Positions 53,203-64,000 of a stretch of 64,000 bases of DNA are shown piece by piece. The DNA is from Elephas maximus (taxonomy: Eukaryota), in NCBI RefSeq assembly GCF_024166365.1, contig NC_064841.1, positions 46,631,680 to 46,695,679 on the forward strand. Direction: 5' to 3'. Position numbers and translations under genes: made by a program. The number at the start of each line of letters is the position of its first letter. Position 1 is the first letter of the stretch. The notes under the pieces are model-generated. The model was not told where the DNA came from. It did not search any database and saw only the letters and a list, made by a program, of their open reading frames with translations.

Positions 53203-55301
53203 TTCAAGTTGAAACTGAAGAAAATCAGAGGAGTCCATGAGAGCCAAAATACAACCTTGAGTATATCCTGCCTGAATTTAGAGACCATCTCAAGAAAGAT
53301 CTGACATGTTGAACAGTAATGACAGAAAATGAGGTGAGCTGTGAAATGACATCAAGGACATCATACATGAAGAAAGCAAGAGGTCATTGAAAAGACAGGA
53401 AAGAAAGAAAAGACCAAAATGGATGTCAGAGGAGACTCTGAAACTTGCTCTCGAACGTCGAGCAGCTAAAGTAAAAGGAAGAAATGATGAAGTAAAAGAA
53501 CTGAAGATTTCAAAAGGTGGCTCGAGAAGACAAAGTAAAGTATTATAATGACATATGCAAAGAGCTGGAGATAGAAAACCAAAAGGGATGAACATGCTCA
53601 GCATTTCTCAAGCTGAAAGAACTGAAGAAAAAATTCAAGGCTCGAGTTGCAATAATGATGGATTCTATGGAGAAAATATTAAATGATGTAGGAAGCATCA
53701 AAAGAAGATGGAAGGAATGCACAGAGTCATTATACCAAAAAGAATTGGTCAACGTTCAACTGTTTTAAGAGGTAGCATATGATCAGAAACTGATGGTACT
53801 GAAGAAAGAAGTCCAAGCTGTTCTGAAGGCATTGGCAAAAAACAAGCCTCCAGGAATTGATGGAGTATCAAATGAGATGTTTCAACAAATGGATTCAGCA
53901 CTGGAAGTGCTCACTCATCTATGCCAAGAAATTTGGAAGACAGCTACCTGGTTAACCGACTGGAAGAGATCCGTATTTATGCCTGTTCCCAAGAAAGGTA
54001 ATCCAACTGAATGTGGAAATTATCGAACAATATCATTAATATCACATGCAAGCAAAATTTTGCTTAAGATCTTTCAAAAGTGGCTGCAGCAGTATATTGA
54101 CAGGGAAATGCCAGAAATTCAGGCTGGATTCAGAATAGGACTTGGAACCAGGTATATCATTGCTGATGTCAGATGGATCCTCGCTGAAAGCAGAGAATAT
54201 CAGAAAGGTGTTTAACCTGTGCCTTTTTTTGACTATGCAAAGGCATTCGACTGTGTGGATCATAACAAATTATGGATAACATTGTGAAGAATGGAAATTC
54301 TAGAACACTTTATTGTTCTCACGAGGAACCTATACATAGATTAAGAGGCAGTTCAGACAGAAGAGGATACCGCGTGGTTTAAAGTCTGGAAAGGTGTGTA
54401 TCAGGGTTGTATCCTTTCACCATACTTATTCAGTCTGTATGCTGAGCAAATAATCTGAGAAGCTGGACTTGATGAAGAAGAATGGGCATCAAGATTGGAG
54501 GAAGACTCATTTAAGAACCTGTGTTATGCAGATGACACAACCTTGCTTGCTGAAAGTGAAGAGGACTTGAAGCACTTACTGATGAAGATCAAAGACCACA
54601 GCCTTCAGTATAGATTACACCTCAACATAAAATAAAAATCCTCACAACTGGACCAATAAGCCACATCGTGATAAATGGAGAAAAGATTGAAGTTGTCAGG
54701 GATTTCATTTTACTTGGATCCACAGTCAACAGCCATGGAAGCAGGAGTCAAGAGATCAAAGATGCACTGCATTGGGCAAATCTGCTGCAAAGGACCTCTT
54801 CAAAGTGTTGAAAACTAAAAGATGTCACCTTGAAGACTAAAATGCACCTGACCCAAGCCATGGTATTTTCAATTGCGTCATATGCATGTGAAAGCTGGAC
54901 AATGAATAAGGAACACCAAAGAAGAATTGATGCCTTTGAATTGTAGTGTTGGTGACGAATATTGACTGTACCATGGACTGCCAAAAGAATGAACAAATCT
55001 GTCTTGGAAGAAGTACGACCAGAATGCTCCTTAGAAGCAAGGATGGGGAGACTGCATCTTACATACTTTGGTCATGTTGTCAGGAGGGATCAGTCTCTGG
55101 AGAAGAACATCACGCTTGGTAAAGTACAGGGTCAGCGGAAAAGAGGAAGACTTTCGATGAGATGGACTGACACAGTGGCTGCAACAGTGGGCTCAAGCGT
55201 AACAACGATTGTATGGATAGAACGGGACTGAGCAGTGTTTTGTTCTGTCGTACATAGGGTTGCTATGAGTTGGATCTGACTCGGTGGCATCTAACAACAA
55301 C
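53203..55301 (+). mobile_element. Direct 3' segment of the same RTE/BovB LINE (RT, C-terminus, (CAA)n-flanked tail)
   Basis: ORFs 53793..54215 (…KPPGIDGVSNEMFQQ…DWKRSVFMPVPKKGNPTECGNYR…) and 54962..55231. Starts at the position equivalent to ref ~33918 and ends …ggcatctaacaacaac. Confidence 0.85.
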
Positions 55302-55313
55302 AGTGACTTTGGG

Positions 55314-55462
55314 AGCTCTGCTGGCTCAGTGGTTAAGAGCTCGGCTGCTAACCAAGAGGAATCTACCAGTTACTCCTTGGAAGCCATACGGGGTAGTTCT
55401 ACTCTGTCCTATAGGGTTACTGTACGTCGGAATTGACTTGATGGCAGTGGGTTTTTGGTTTT
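55314..55462 (+). mobile_element. AfroSINE-like SINE immediately 3' of the RTE tail
   Basis: ggagctctgctggctcagtggttaagagctcggctgctaaccaagagg…ctatagggttactgtacgtcggaattgacttgatggcagtgggtttttggtttt. Confidence 0.8.
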
Positions 55463-55474
55463 AATGACATTGAG

Positions 55475-56640
55475 CATCTTTTTGTGTACTTGTTGGCCAT
55501 TTGCTTTTTGCTTATTTTCTTTTATGAAATGTCTGTTCAGGTCCTTGTCCATTTTTGGACTGGGTTGTCTGTTTGTTGAGTGTAGTTCTTTATATATTCT
55601 GAATAGTAAACCCTTATCAGATATATAATGCATTGCCATTGATTTGGTTCCAACTCACAGTGACCCTATAGGATAGAGTAGAACTGCCCCATATAGTTTC
55701 CAAGGAGTGGCTGGTGGATTCGAACTGCTGACCTTTTGGTCAGCAGCCGAGCTCTTAACCACTGTGCCACCAGGGCTCCGTCAGATATATAGTTCCCCCA
55801 CATTTTCTCTCAATCTGTAGGTTGTCTCTTCACCTTCTTGATAAAAGTCCATTGATGAAAAAACGTATTTAATTTTGATGGTCTCATTTATCTTTTCTGT
55901 GTTCTGTTAGTCACGCTCTTGGAGTCGTATCTAAAAATTCATTGTTAAAAACTGAGTCCCAAAGCATTACCCCTGTGTTTTCTTTTAAGAGTTCTATGGT
56001 TTTACATTTAGGTCTTTGGTCCATTTTAAGTTAATTTTCATATATGGTGTGACGTTTGGGTCTAGTTTCATTCTTTTGTATATGGCAATCCAGTTGTCCC
56101 AGCACCATGTATTAAAGAAATTATTTTTTCCCCCATTGAATGGACTTAGCACCCTTGTTGAAAATCAATTGACCATAGATGTACAAGTTTATTTCTGAAC
56201 TCTGAACTCTATTGGTCTATATGTCTATCATTATACCAGTAGTGTACTGTTGAGATTGAAAAGTGTGAGTCCTCCTCCTTTGTTTTTCTTTTTCAAGACT
56301 GCTTTGGCTATTTGGAGCCCCTTGCAGTTCCACATAAACTTGAGAATTGGCTTTTCCATTTCTGCAAAGAAGGGTGTAAGAATTTTGATAGGGATTGTGT
56401 TGAATCTGTAGAATACTATGGGTAGTATAGACATCTTGACAATATTAAGTCTTTTAGTCTGTGAACATGGAATGTACTTTCATTTATTCAGGTCTTCTTT
56501 AACCTCTTTCAGTAATGTTTTATAGTTTTCATTGTACAAGCATGTCGCTTCCTTGGTTAAATTTATTCCTAGATCCTTTATTTCTTTAGATGGTACTGTA
56601 AGTAGAATTTCTTTTTCAAAATGCTTGTTGCTGATGTAAT
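55475..56640 (-). mobile_element. Continuation of the older LINE-1 (antisense) right of the RTE+SINE insertion; itself interrupted by a SINE at 55632-55780
   Basis: …aatgacattgagcatctttttgtgtacttgttggccatttgc… then antisense ORF2-derived sequence to ~56640. Confidence 0.7.
55632..55780 (-). mobile_element. AfroSINE-like SINE (antisense) with the TSD tcagatatata
   Basis: Reverse complement of ggagccctggtggcacagtggttaagagctcggctgctgaccaaaaggtcagcagttcgaatccaccagcc…; TSD on both sides. Confidence 0.85.
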
Positions 56641-57792
56641 ATAGAAATCAAATTGTAGTATATAGTTTTCAAAGCACTTTGCACACTTGCCCTGTGAGGT
56701 AGTAGGTATTGTTTTTCCTATGTCATATCCAAAACAGAGAACTTGTTGTAGCCCCAAAACCTTGTCTTCTGTCCACTTGTCTCCTCAAGCCAAAACCTAT
56801 GTGTATTCCTTGATTCCTTTCGTATTTTATCCTTACCCCCACTCCCATCAATCTCTAAACTAATCCTGATTTGAATAACTTCTGAATTCATTAGATTGAA
56901 CCATAAGAAATAGCTGATGCTTGACAGTTTTGGACGTATAATTCAGCAATTTCATAGGCGTAATCTAAATATTTGTCTCCACCCAGGCCATCTCGTATAT
57001 CTAATAGCCACCTAAACGGACTTTCTGCCTCTAGTCTGCCTTTCCTCCAGTCCATCCTCTTGCAGCATCAGTTATATTTTTTAACTACTTACACAGTCAA
57101 ATCCTGGCACTAACTTGAAACCCTTTAGAGGTTTCTCCTTGAACTTATAAATCATACTTTTTATCATGGCCTCCAGAATTGAGTATGTTTACAACGTGAC
57201 CCATTGGCATACAGAAAATATTAGAACTTTAATATATTTTAAAAAATCCACCTCATTTTTTTGTACCTGTGTATGTGTACGGCACTGGGTGGGTATGTAT
57301 TTTACAATGTATGTATTATTAATATGATACATGGTTGGTCATGGTCATGATCTAAAAGGTTTAGACCACAGCCATTAGGGCAGTTATGTTTTAATTAAAT
57401 AGTTATTTAGTCAAACCAAATCCTATATATGCTTCGATGCCTTTTTTATCTTTACTCCCACACTTGCTAAGTCCTTGTGATTGTTTCCAAAATACCTTTG
57501 GATCCATCTGTTAGGTTACTTGAGTACCTTTCTCTTTCTCTGGATTGTAAACTCTGAGAACAGATACTGTATTTATCTTTCTTGGTCACTCTGGGCCTTA
57601 AAAGAAGTACCCCAATAAACATTTAAATTTATATAATGAAGAACTCCTACAAATTAGTAAAGAAAAATACTGACTTCCTTAAATAATGGATAAAATGCAG
57701 CATTTCATAAAAGAAGGAAATGTTTGATCATACTAGTAAATTAAAATTTTTGGATTAAATATTTAAACTACCCAAAAATTGTATTCAAACAG

Positions 57793-57857
57793 GCAATCCG
57801 TCTCGAAGACTCAAGTCTCTTCTTCCTTGTGATTTAGGCAGTTCGGAGAACGGACAA
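57793..57857 (+). CDS. CENPJ: CENPJ coding exon 11 (65 nt), phase 1 in, phase 0 out
   Basis: Acceptor attcaaacag|gc. Encodes (G)NPSRRLKSLLPCDLGSSENGQ, which matches human [22 protein letters not shown]. Donor caa|GTAAAT. Confidence 0.78.
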
Positions 57858-58042
57858 GTAAATCTCTTTATATTTTTATATATTAAAAGATAGATTAATT
57901 GAGTTTGAAATTGATTACTTAGTTCACTTGACTTAAATTTCTAAATCATGTATACTTAACACTAAACACTAGTCATAGAATCCTGTGATATTAAAATTTG
58001 ATTTGTCCGTTAGGATAGATGAGAGAAATCTTATCTTTACAG

Positions 58043-58153
58043 GCCAGCTCACCCAGGGAGCCATTTGAACCAATGAGACTCCCAGATTGTGAACATAAAG
58101 AAGAGGAAGAAGAAGAGGAAACTCAGGGAGAAATCAGTCATCCTGATGGAAAG
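58043..58153 (+). CDS. CENPJ: CENPJ coding exon 12 (37 codons) including an acidic E7 tract
   Basis: Acceptor ttatctttacag|gcc. Encodes [37 protein letters not shown]. Donor aag|GTTAAA. Confidence 0.85.
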
Positions 58154-58683
58154 GTTAAAAAACTTTTTTATAATGGATACTATTAAAAAATAAGCTTGAG
58201 TTAAAATTAAGTTGAAATACTTAGATTCTAAAATAATTAAGACTGTTGATGGTGGTTAAGAACTTCATGTTCTTGAAGTACCTTGGGGTGTGACCTAGGA
58301 TTAAACCTTGGAGTCTTCTAAAAATGCTCAGTGCACAACTTGCACTTTGTTGTCTTTTCTAGTTATTGAGATGCAGCAAAAGGAGGACTGTAGTTCCTTT
58401 GTTTTAACTCTGGTTTTGCACCAAACGTCAATAGCTAAGAAGCCTTTAGTAATCCTGGGCACTTTAAAAAGCCGCAGTTCACTTTAAAAAACCCTCAATT
58501 CATTTCTAAACCTTGACCTTCCTGAAGACTTTTATATTCATCCTGGATCAGATGCATTTCTTTCCATCTGCAGGCTCTACAATTTTATTCTTGTGCTTAG
58601 GAAAGTTTTTGAATGGGAAAACTGCCTGGCTAGGTGTTCAGGTAGAAGAATAGAATGAAAAGGCAAAGGAACATATACCAAAA

Positions 58684-58842
58684 CCAAAAACCCACTGCTG
58701 TCGAGTCAATTCCAACTCACAGCGACCCTATAGGACAGAGCAGAACTGCACCATAGAGTTTCCAAGGAGCAGCTCAGGGATTTGAACTGCTGACCTCTTG
58801 GTTTGCAGCCGTAGCACTTAACCATTACGCCATCAGGGTTTC
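58684..58842 (-). mobile_element. AfroSINE-like SINE, antisense
   Basis: Reverse complement of ggaaaccctgatggcgtaatggttaagtgctacggctgcaaaccaagaggtcagcagttcaaatccctgagc…. Confidence 0.8.
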
Positions 58843-58874
58843 CAGAACATACACAGAGTTTGTTAAATGGGAGG

Positions 58875-59215
58875 TGGTGAGAGAATATTTTTTTTTATTG
58901 TACTTCAGATGAAGGTTTACAGAGCACACACGTTTCTAATTAAACAATACACATAGTGTTTTGTGACATTGGTTGCCAACCCCACACCATGTCAATAGTC
59001 TCCCCTTCTCACCCTTGAGTTCCCCATTACCAGCTTTCCTGTCCCCTACTGTCTTCTAGTCCTTGTCCCTGGGCTGGTAGACACCTTCAGTCTCATTTTG
59101 TTTTATGGGCTTGTCTAATCTTTGGCTGAAGGGTGAACCTTAGGAGTGACTTCGTTACTAAACTATAAGGAGGATGTTCGTGGACTATACTCTCAGGGTT
59201 TCTCCAGTCTTTTTT
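58875..59215 (-). mobile_element. L1 3'UTR fragment (antisense) with poly-T at the left end
   Basis: tttttttttattgtacttcagatgaaggtttacag…ctcagggtttctccagtc, parallel to 15146-15520. Confidence 0.6.
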
Positions 59216-60360
59216 TTTAGTTAGAATTTCATTCTAAATTTTTGGCAAGGGAATTTATTCCTCAGATTCATGGAAAATTTACTTTTTCAAATACCTAATT
59301 TGATTCATTTTAATTGGAATTATAGGACCAAAGTCAGATAAAGAACAGTCAAAAGAAATCAGGCTCTTCCCGTACGAACTCCTTAGGGTAACAATTAGTT
59401 GATAAGGAAAGGTTTTCTTTCTTTTTTTAGAAAAACTCCAGCTAACAATTGGGAAAGGAATTAGAAAATCACCAGTTTGATGAAACTTCTAATGAAATAA
59501 AGAATCTAGGCAACAGTCATCAGTGACTACTAAAACCATCAGAAGAAAGGTTGATGGGGGGTTTCATAATAGATATATCAAACTGGCGTGACCCAAATCC
59601 ATTAACAGTAGGACAGCCATAGACTGTACCTTTTAATGTGTTGTAATGAGAAGCACACAGAGGTCTTGTCAACAGAACTCAACCTGAATTTAATCAAGCC
59701 TCTAGATCCAACTACTTGTTTTTTAGGAAATAACGAGGGATATCAGAACATGTTAAATGACACCACTGGAAAGCAATCAGCCAAATCCAGAATCTGGAAA
59801 ATTCTGTAGGTTCAATGATACAGTTCTTTCAAAAGTAATTGGTGTTTAAAAAAAAAAAAAAGGTAGGGGGAGGAAATGGTAACGATTAAGATTTAAGAGA
59901 CGTATCAACCAAGTGTTGTTTATGGACTTTGTTTTGATCCTGATTCAAATAAATCAACTGTAAAAAGCCATTTTTTTTGGAAAACAACATAGTCATTATG
60001 TGATCAAGAAATTACAGTTTGTTAAGTGTGATAATGGTTTTGCTTATGTAAAAAAAAAAAAAAAAACCTTCCATTTGAGATCTCTATTGGAGTATTAACA
60101 GGTTAAGTGATGTCTGTAATTTGCCTTTAAAAACTGACAAAAAAATGAGTTTGCTTTGGGGAAATAAGTGACATAAGAATGGTAATGTGTTGGTACTTGC
60201 AGGTGATTGTTGGGAGTTTATTATACTGTTCTCTCCTTTTTGAAAGAATGTTTTACTTTTTGTGAGAAATTTCAAATAGGCAATTAGAAGAGAATTAGAG
60301 CTATTTTTGTCACATGGTTTTAGGAGGAAATTTTACATATTGATAATCTTTTTTTTTTAG

Positions 60361-60501
60361 GTAGAAAAGGTTTTTAAGAATGGGTGCCACGTTATATTGT
60401 TTCCAAATGGAACACGGAAAGAAGTGAGTGCAGATGGGAAGACTCTCACGGTCACTTTCTTTAATGGTGACGTGAAGCAGGTCATGCCAGATGAGAGAGT
60501 G
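60361..60501 (+). CDS. CENPJ: CENPJ coding exon 13 (47 codons), start of the G-box/TCP10 C-terminal domain
   Basis: Acceptor ttttttttag|gta. Encodes [47 protein letters not shown]. Donor gtg|GTATGT. Confidence 0.9.
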
Positions 60502-60533
60502 GTATGTTTTCATAGGGATGCTTTCCACTGTAG

Positions 60534-60692
<159 letters not shown>

Positions 60693-60759
60693 TAGCTTCC
60701 CCTTTCCTTATTAAATTCTTCCCACCCTTTAAAAAACTAATTATATTAAACTTTTCTAA

Positions 60760-60897
<138 letters not shown>

Positions 60898-61552
60898 TAA
60901 ATTTAGTTTCATGATTTCAACTTTTATTACCAAGTGGGTTTTTAAAAATATAAAACATTCATATATTTATAAGACATTCAAAATTTCAGTAAAAAATATG
61001 AAATTAACCTAGGGCACTTTGGGGGAAGTAAAAAAGTTCTCAACATTTTTAGAGTTCAGAATTTGTGACATGTATATTTTTGATAAGTATTTTGCCACAA
61101 GATAGTTATGTCTTTAGCCTAGAGTTTTAAAGGGAGTTTATAAAGCATTCTATGAAATGGCAAGTATTTGTTTAGAAATAAGCTTGGTTAAATTTGGGAA
61201 CAGTGATTGAAACAGAAAATGGAGGCTGCCTGTGGCCAAACAATGACTAAGTCAGTCTTTATCTCTTCTCTTGCCTAAATTTTGAAATTTTCTTCATCTC
61301 CTTGCCCCAGCCTGATAAATACATCACCCCATCTGGCTTCTCCAACCCAGTTCTTTCAAGTCAACAACCTTTTAGAAAAATCCTTCTGAGCGTTATATTT
61401 CTTGAAGGTAGAAACTTTTTTTAAGTGAATTCTTTAGTCCATGATAAATATCTTCTTATCCCCACTGTTTTAATTAAAACCATGGTGTCCAGTGGCCAGT
61501 TTTCACCCACCTTTCCTAGGTTTTTTTTTTTTTTTTTTTCTCTAAAGTGTGT

Positions 61553-61711
61553 GGAGCCTTGGTGGCACAGTGGTATTAGAGCTATATGGCTGCTAACTAA
61601 AAGGTTGGCAGTTCGAATTCATTATCTGTTCCCTGGAAGCCCTATGGGGCGGTTCTACTCTGTGCTTTAGGGTCACTATGAGTTGGAATTGACTCGATTG
61701 CAGTGGGCAGT
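61553..61711 (+). mobile_element. AfroSINE-like SINE preceded by a T-run
   Basis: ggagccttggtggcacagtggtattagagctatatggctgctaactaaaaggttggcagttcgaattc…gggtcactatgagttggaattgactcgattgcagtggg. Confidence 0.8.
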
Positions 61712-62992
61712 GTTTCCTAGAGTGTGACAATTAAGTACCCATTAACTTGAATAAAATGTCAGTGATAACACTTAGCTGAAATCTCTGATATAAACTTGGC
61801 CAAAAAAAAAAGGTGACAGTATTAATATGGAAACTTCATATGGTCATTATAGTGTTTTTCCCTTAACATTGCCTAAGCCTTTATCTGGTGAATTAGATGG
61901 AAAACTATACTGTACTTTGAGTGATCGAAGAAACTTTTCAAGTTTTTTCTCTTACGTTTGGAATTATAATAAAAAGTAGAGAAAATGATATAAAAACTCC
62001 ATGTACCCATCTATCCAGCTATGACAGTTATTAACTCATGGTCTGTCTTTTTTGTCTATACTCAAGCAAATCCCAGGTATTAATTCATTCAGGGATTATT
62101 TTGACATTCAGATTTTTGACTTCTAACAGTGGTTCTCAAACTTCAGTGTGTATTAGATCGCCTGGAGGGATTGTTCAAACACAGATTGCTGGGTCCCACC
62201 CTAATAATTTGCATTTTTAATAAGTTTTTAGGTGATGCTAATACTGCTAATCCAGGGACGGCACTTTATAAGGCAGTGGCTCTCAGAATGACTTTTGAGC
62301 CTAACACTTGTATGAGAAATACCAAAATAGGAAAACATCATTCATTACTGCTACCTGTCCTTATATGTTCAGAAGTGGTGATTCCTAATCTAGCCCTAGT
62401 CTTGTATTTCTAACTGCACATTATACCTGTATTTAGGAATTTAGTTTGATTATTCCACAGACACATCACGCAGTCAGCTTGGAACATTAACTCTTTTTCA
62501 TATTCTACTTCTTTGTTCCATTGCTTCAAAATGGATCTAAATATTTGATCATGCTCCTTCCCAGGAATATGGCTCTCTTTTTCACCTACTACAGAGCAAG
62601 CACTCAAATGATTTTTAACTTAATACAGTGCCCCTCTCCTGCCATTTTTCAAAAGGCAGAACACATGGAAAGTTAAAAACAAAGAAAAACCAAGAATTTT
62701 GTAGTGAAAAGGTAACATGAATTTATTAAAGCAAGCTTTTTGTGGGTACACGAGTGCTAATCTGATAATTGGAACTTTCAGTGTAAGCAGAAATGTTGTG
62801 GAAAACAATGTGCAAAGAAGGTATTATACATGAAAAAGTACCAAAGGATGTCTCTAGAAGAAATACCAGAATCAAAAGGCTACTTTTACATCATTTACCT
62901 GATGTGCATTTTAGATTTAAATAATTAAAATTTACCTGTTGTATAAACTATACATTTTTTTTAAGAAATTAAATTCTATTTTAAATTTATAG

Positions 62993-63185
62993 TGATGGCA
63001 ACAAAATCATAGAGTTTAGTAATGGCCAAAGAGAACTACATACCGCCCAATTCAAGAGACGGGAATATCCAGACGGCACTGTTAAAACTGTATATGCAAA
63101 CGGTCATCAAGAAACAAAATATACATCTGGTCGAGTAAGAGTTAAAGACAAGAATGGTAATGTTTTAATGGATACAAAATTGTAA
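62993..63185 (+). CDS. CENPJ: CENPJ terminal coding exon, phase 2 in, stop TAA at 63183-63185
   Basis: Acceptor aatttatag|t. Encodes (R)[63 protein letters not shown], which matches the human C-terminus. Confidence 0.9.
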
Positions 63186-64000
63186 TGATCCTTGATTAAT
63201 CATGAGATAACACTAACTTGATTTTCTTATTAAAAGTGCATTTTTCTTGTGGATTCTGTTATTTAATTTACATATACTCTGTGTGCAAATGGTAAAGATT
63301 ATGTTTGGATTCTAAAGGTTTATAGCCTCTTCATTTTTATGTTTTTGAAAAGCACAAGGATAGCTTTCATTTATAATCTACCTACTCTGTCTTCAGATAA
63401 ACTCATGACTAAGGGAAGCATTATTAGTTAAACTGTGTCCAGTAGATTTTAAAATAACATATGGGTGCTTTCATTGGTTGGAGATAATTATAAAAACCCA
63501 GAGGTACAAAAAATACATGTCCCACAAGGCACATCAGCCACAGAACACAGACTTGCAGAGAAAGTTTACACAAGGAGCAAGTGGATCTCACTACAGCCAG
63601 AATATTACTATGTTTAACTAGTACCAAAATTGAAGCACATGATGCACTACAGAAGCTCATTAATTTTAATAGACTGGGGGATTAAAACAATGAATACAAA
63701 TAGGTCAAAGAGTAAAACAGTAAAACAGATTCTTTGAGTAATCTTTCCCCCCCTTCTAAATTGTATTTTCTTGTTGAGCAAAATATAACACCAATTTGTT
63801 TCCACATGTACTGTTTAGTGACGCTGAGAGTTGTGCAGCCATTCTCACTTTCCTTTTCTGAGTTGTTCCTTCCTCATTAACAAACTCATTGCCCCCTAAG
63901 GTTCCTATCTAGTCTTTCAAGTTCCTGTTGTCAGTTTGATTGCATATAGATAATTCTTAAAAGAGCATAATGCTCAAGGAAGACCATTTTTACTAGTTAA
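63186..64000 (+). other. CENPJ: Presumed CENPJ 3'UTR (partial); no canonical AATAAA seen, ATTAAA variant at ~63228
   Basis: Directly follows the stop codon; unique AT-rich sequence. Confidence 0.4.

Overview
This window is mammalian nuclear genomic DNA, not a prokaryotic or viral locus. It has spliced exons with GT-AG introns, and more than 60% of it is interspersed repeats: LINE-1 elements, RTE/BovB-type LINEs and tRNA-derived SINEs. The SINE family looks like AfroSINE, which points to an Afrotherian genome such as elephant; that is my inference from recollection, not a database hit.

The + strand carries what appears to be the complete coding region of CENPJ (also called CPAP or centromere protein J). 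I reconstructed 16 coding exons from 3484 to 63185 by following reading frame, splice-site motifs and intron phase. The model gives a 4056-nt CDS of 1351 codons; it includes the large ~1.6 kb exon at 13142-14771 and the C-terminal G-box (TCP10) domain exons. The translated exons agree closely with my recollection of human CENPJ. The non-coding exon 1 is presumably upstream of the window.

Introns are full of transposons. The L1 copies that retain ORF-bearing body sequence are antisense to the gene, and only short 3'UTR scraps are sense-oriented. Many SINE copies keep intact target-site duplications.

I found no evidence for a novel multi-gene system. The most unusual things are:
- an RTE insertion with a 5' inversion and a junction duplication, the arrangement expected from twin priming;
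- a roughly 330-bp RTE derivative made of a 5' end fused to a 3' tail, which looks SINE-like;
- one L1 target site that seems to have been hit by both an RTE and an RTE-tailed SINE.

Repeat boundaries are approximate (about 20 bp either way). Exon boundaries were derived base by base from the sequence.
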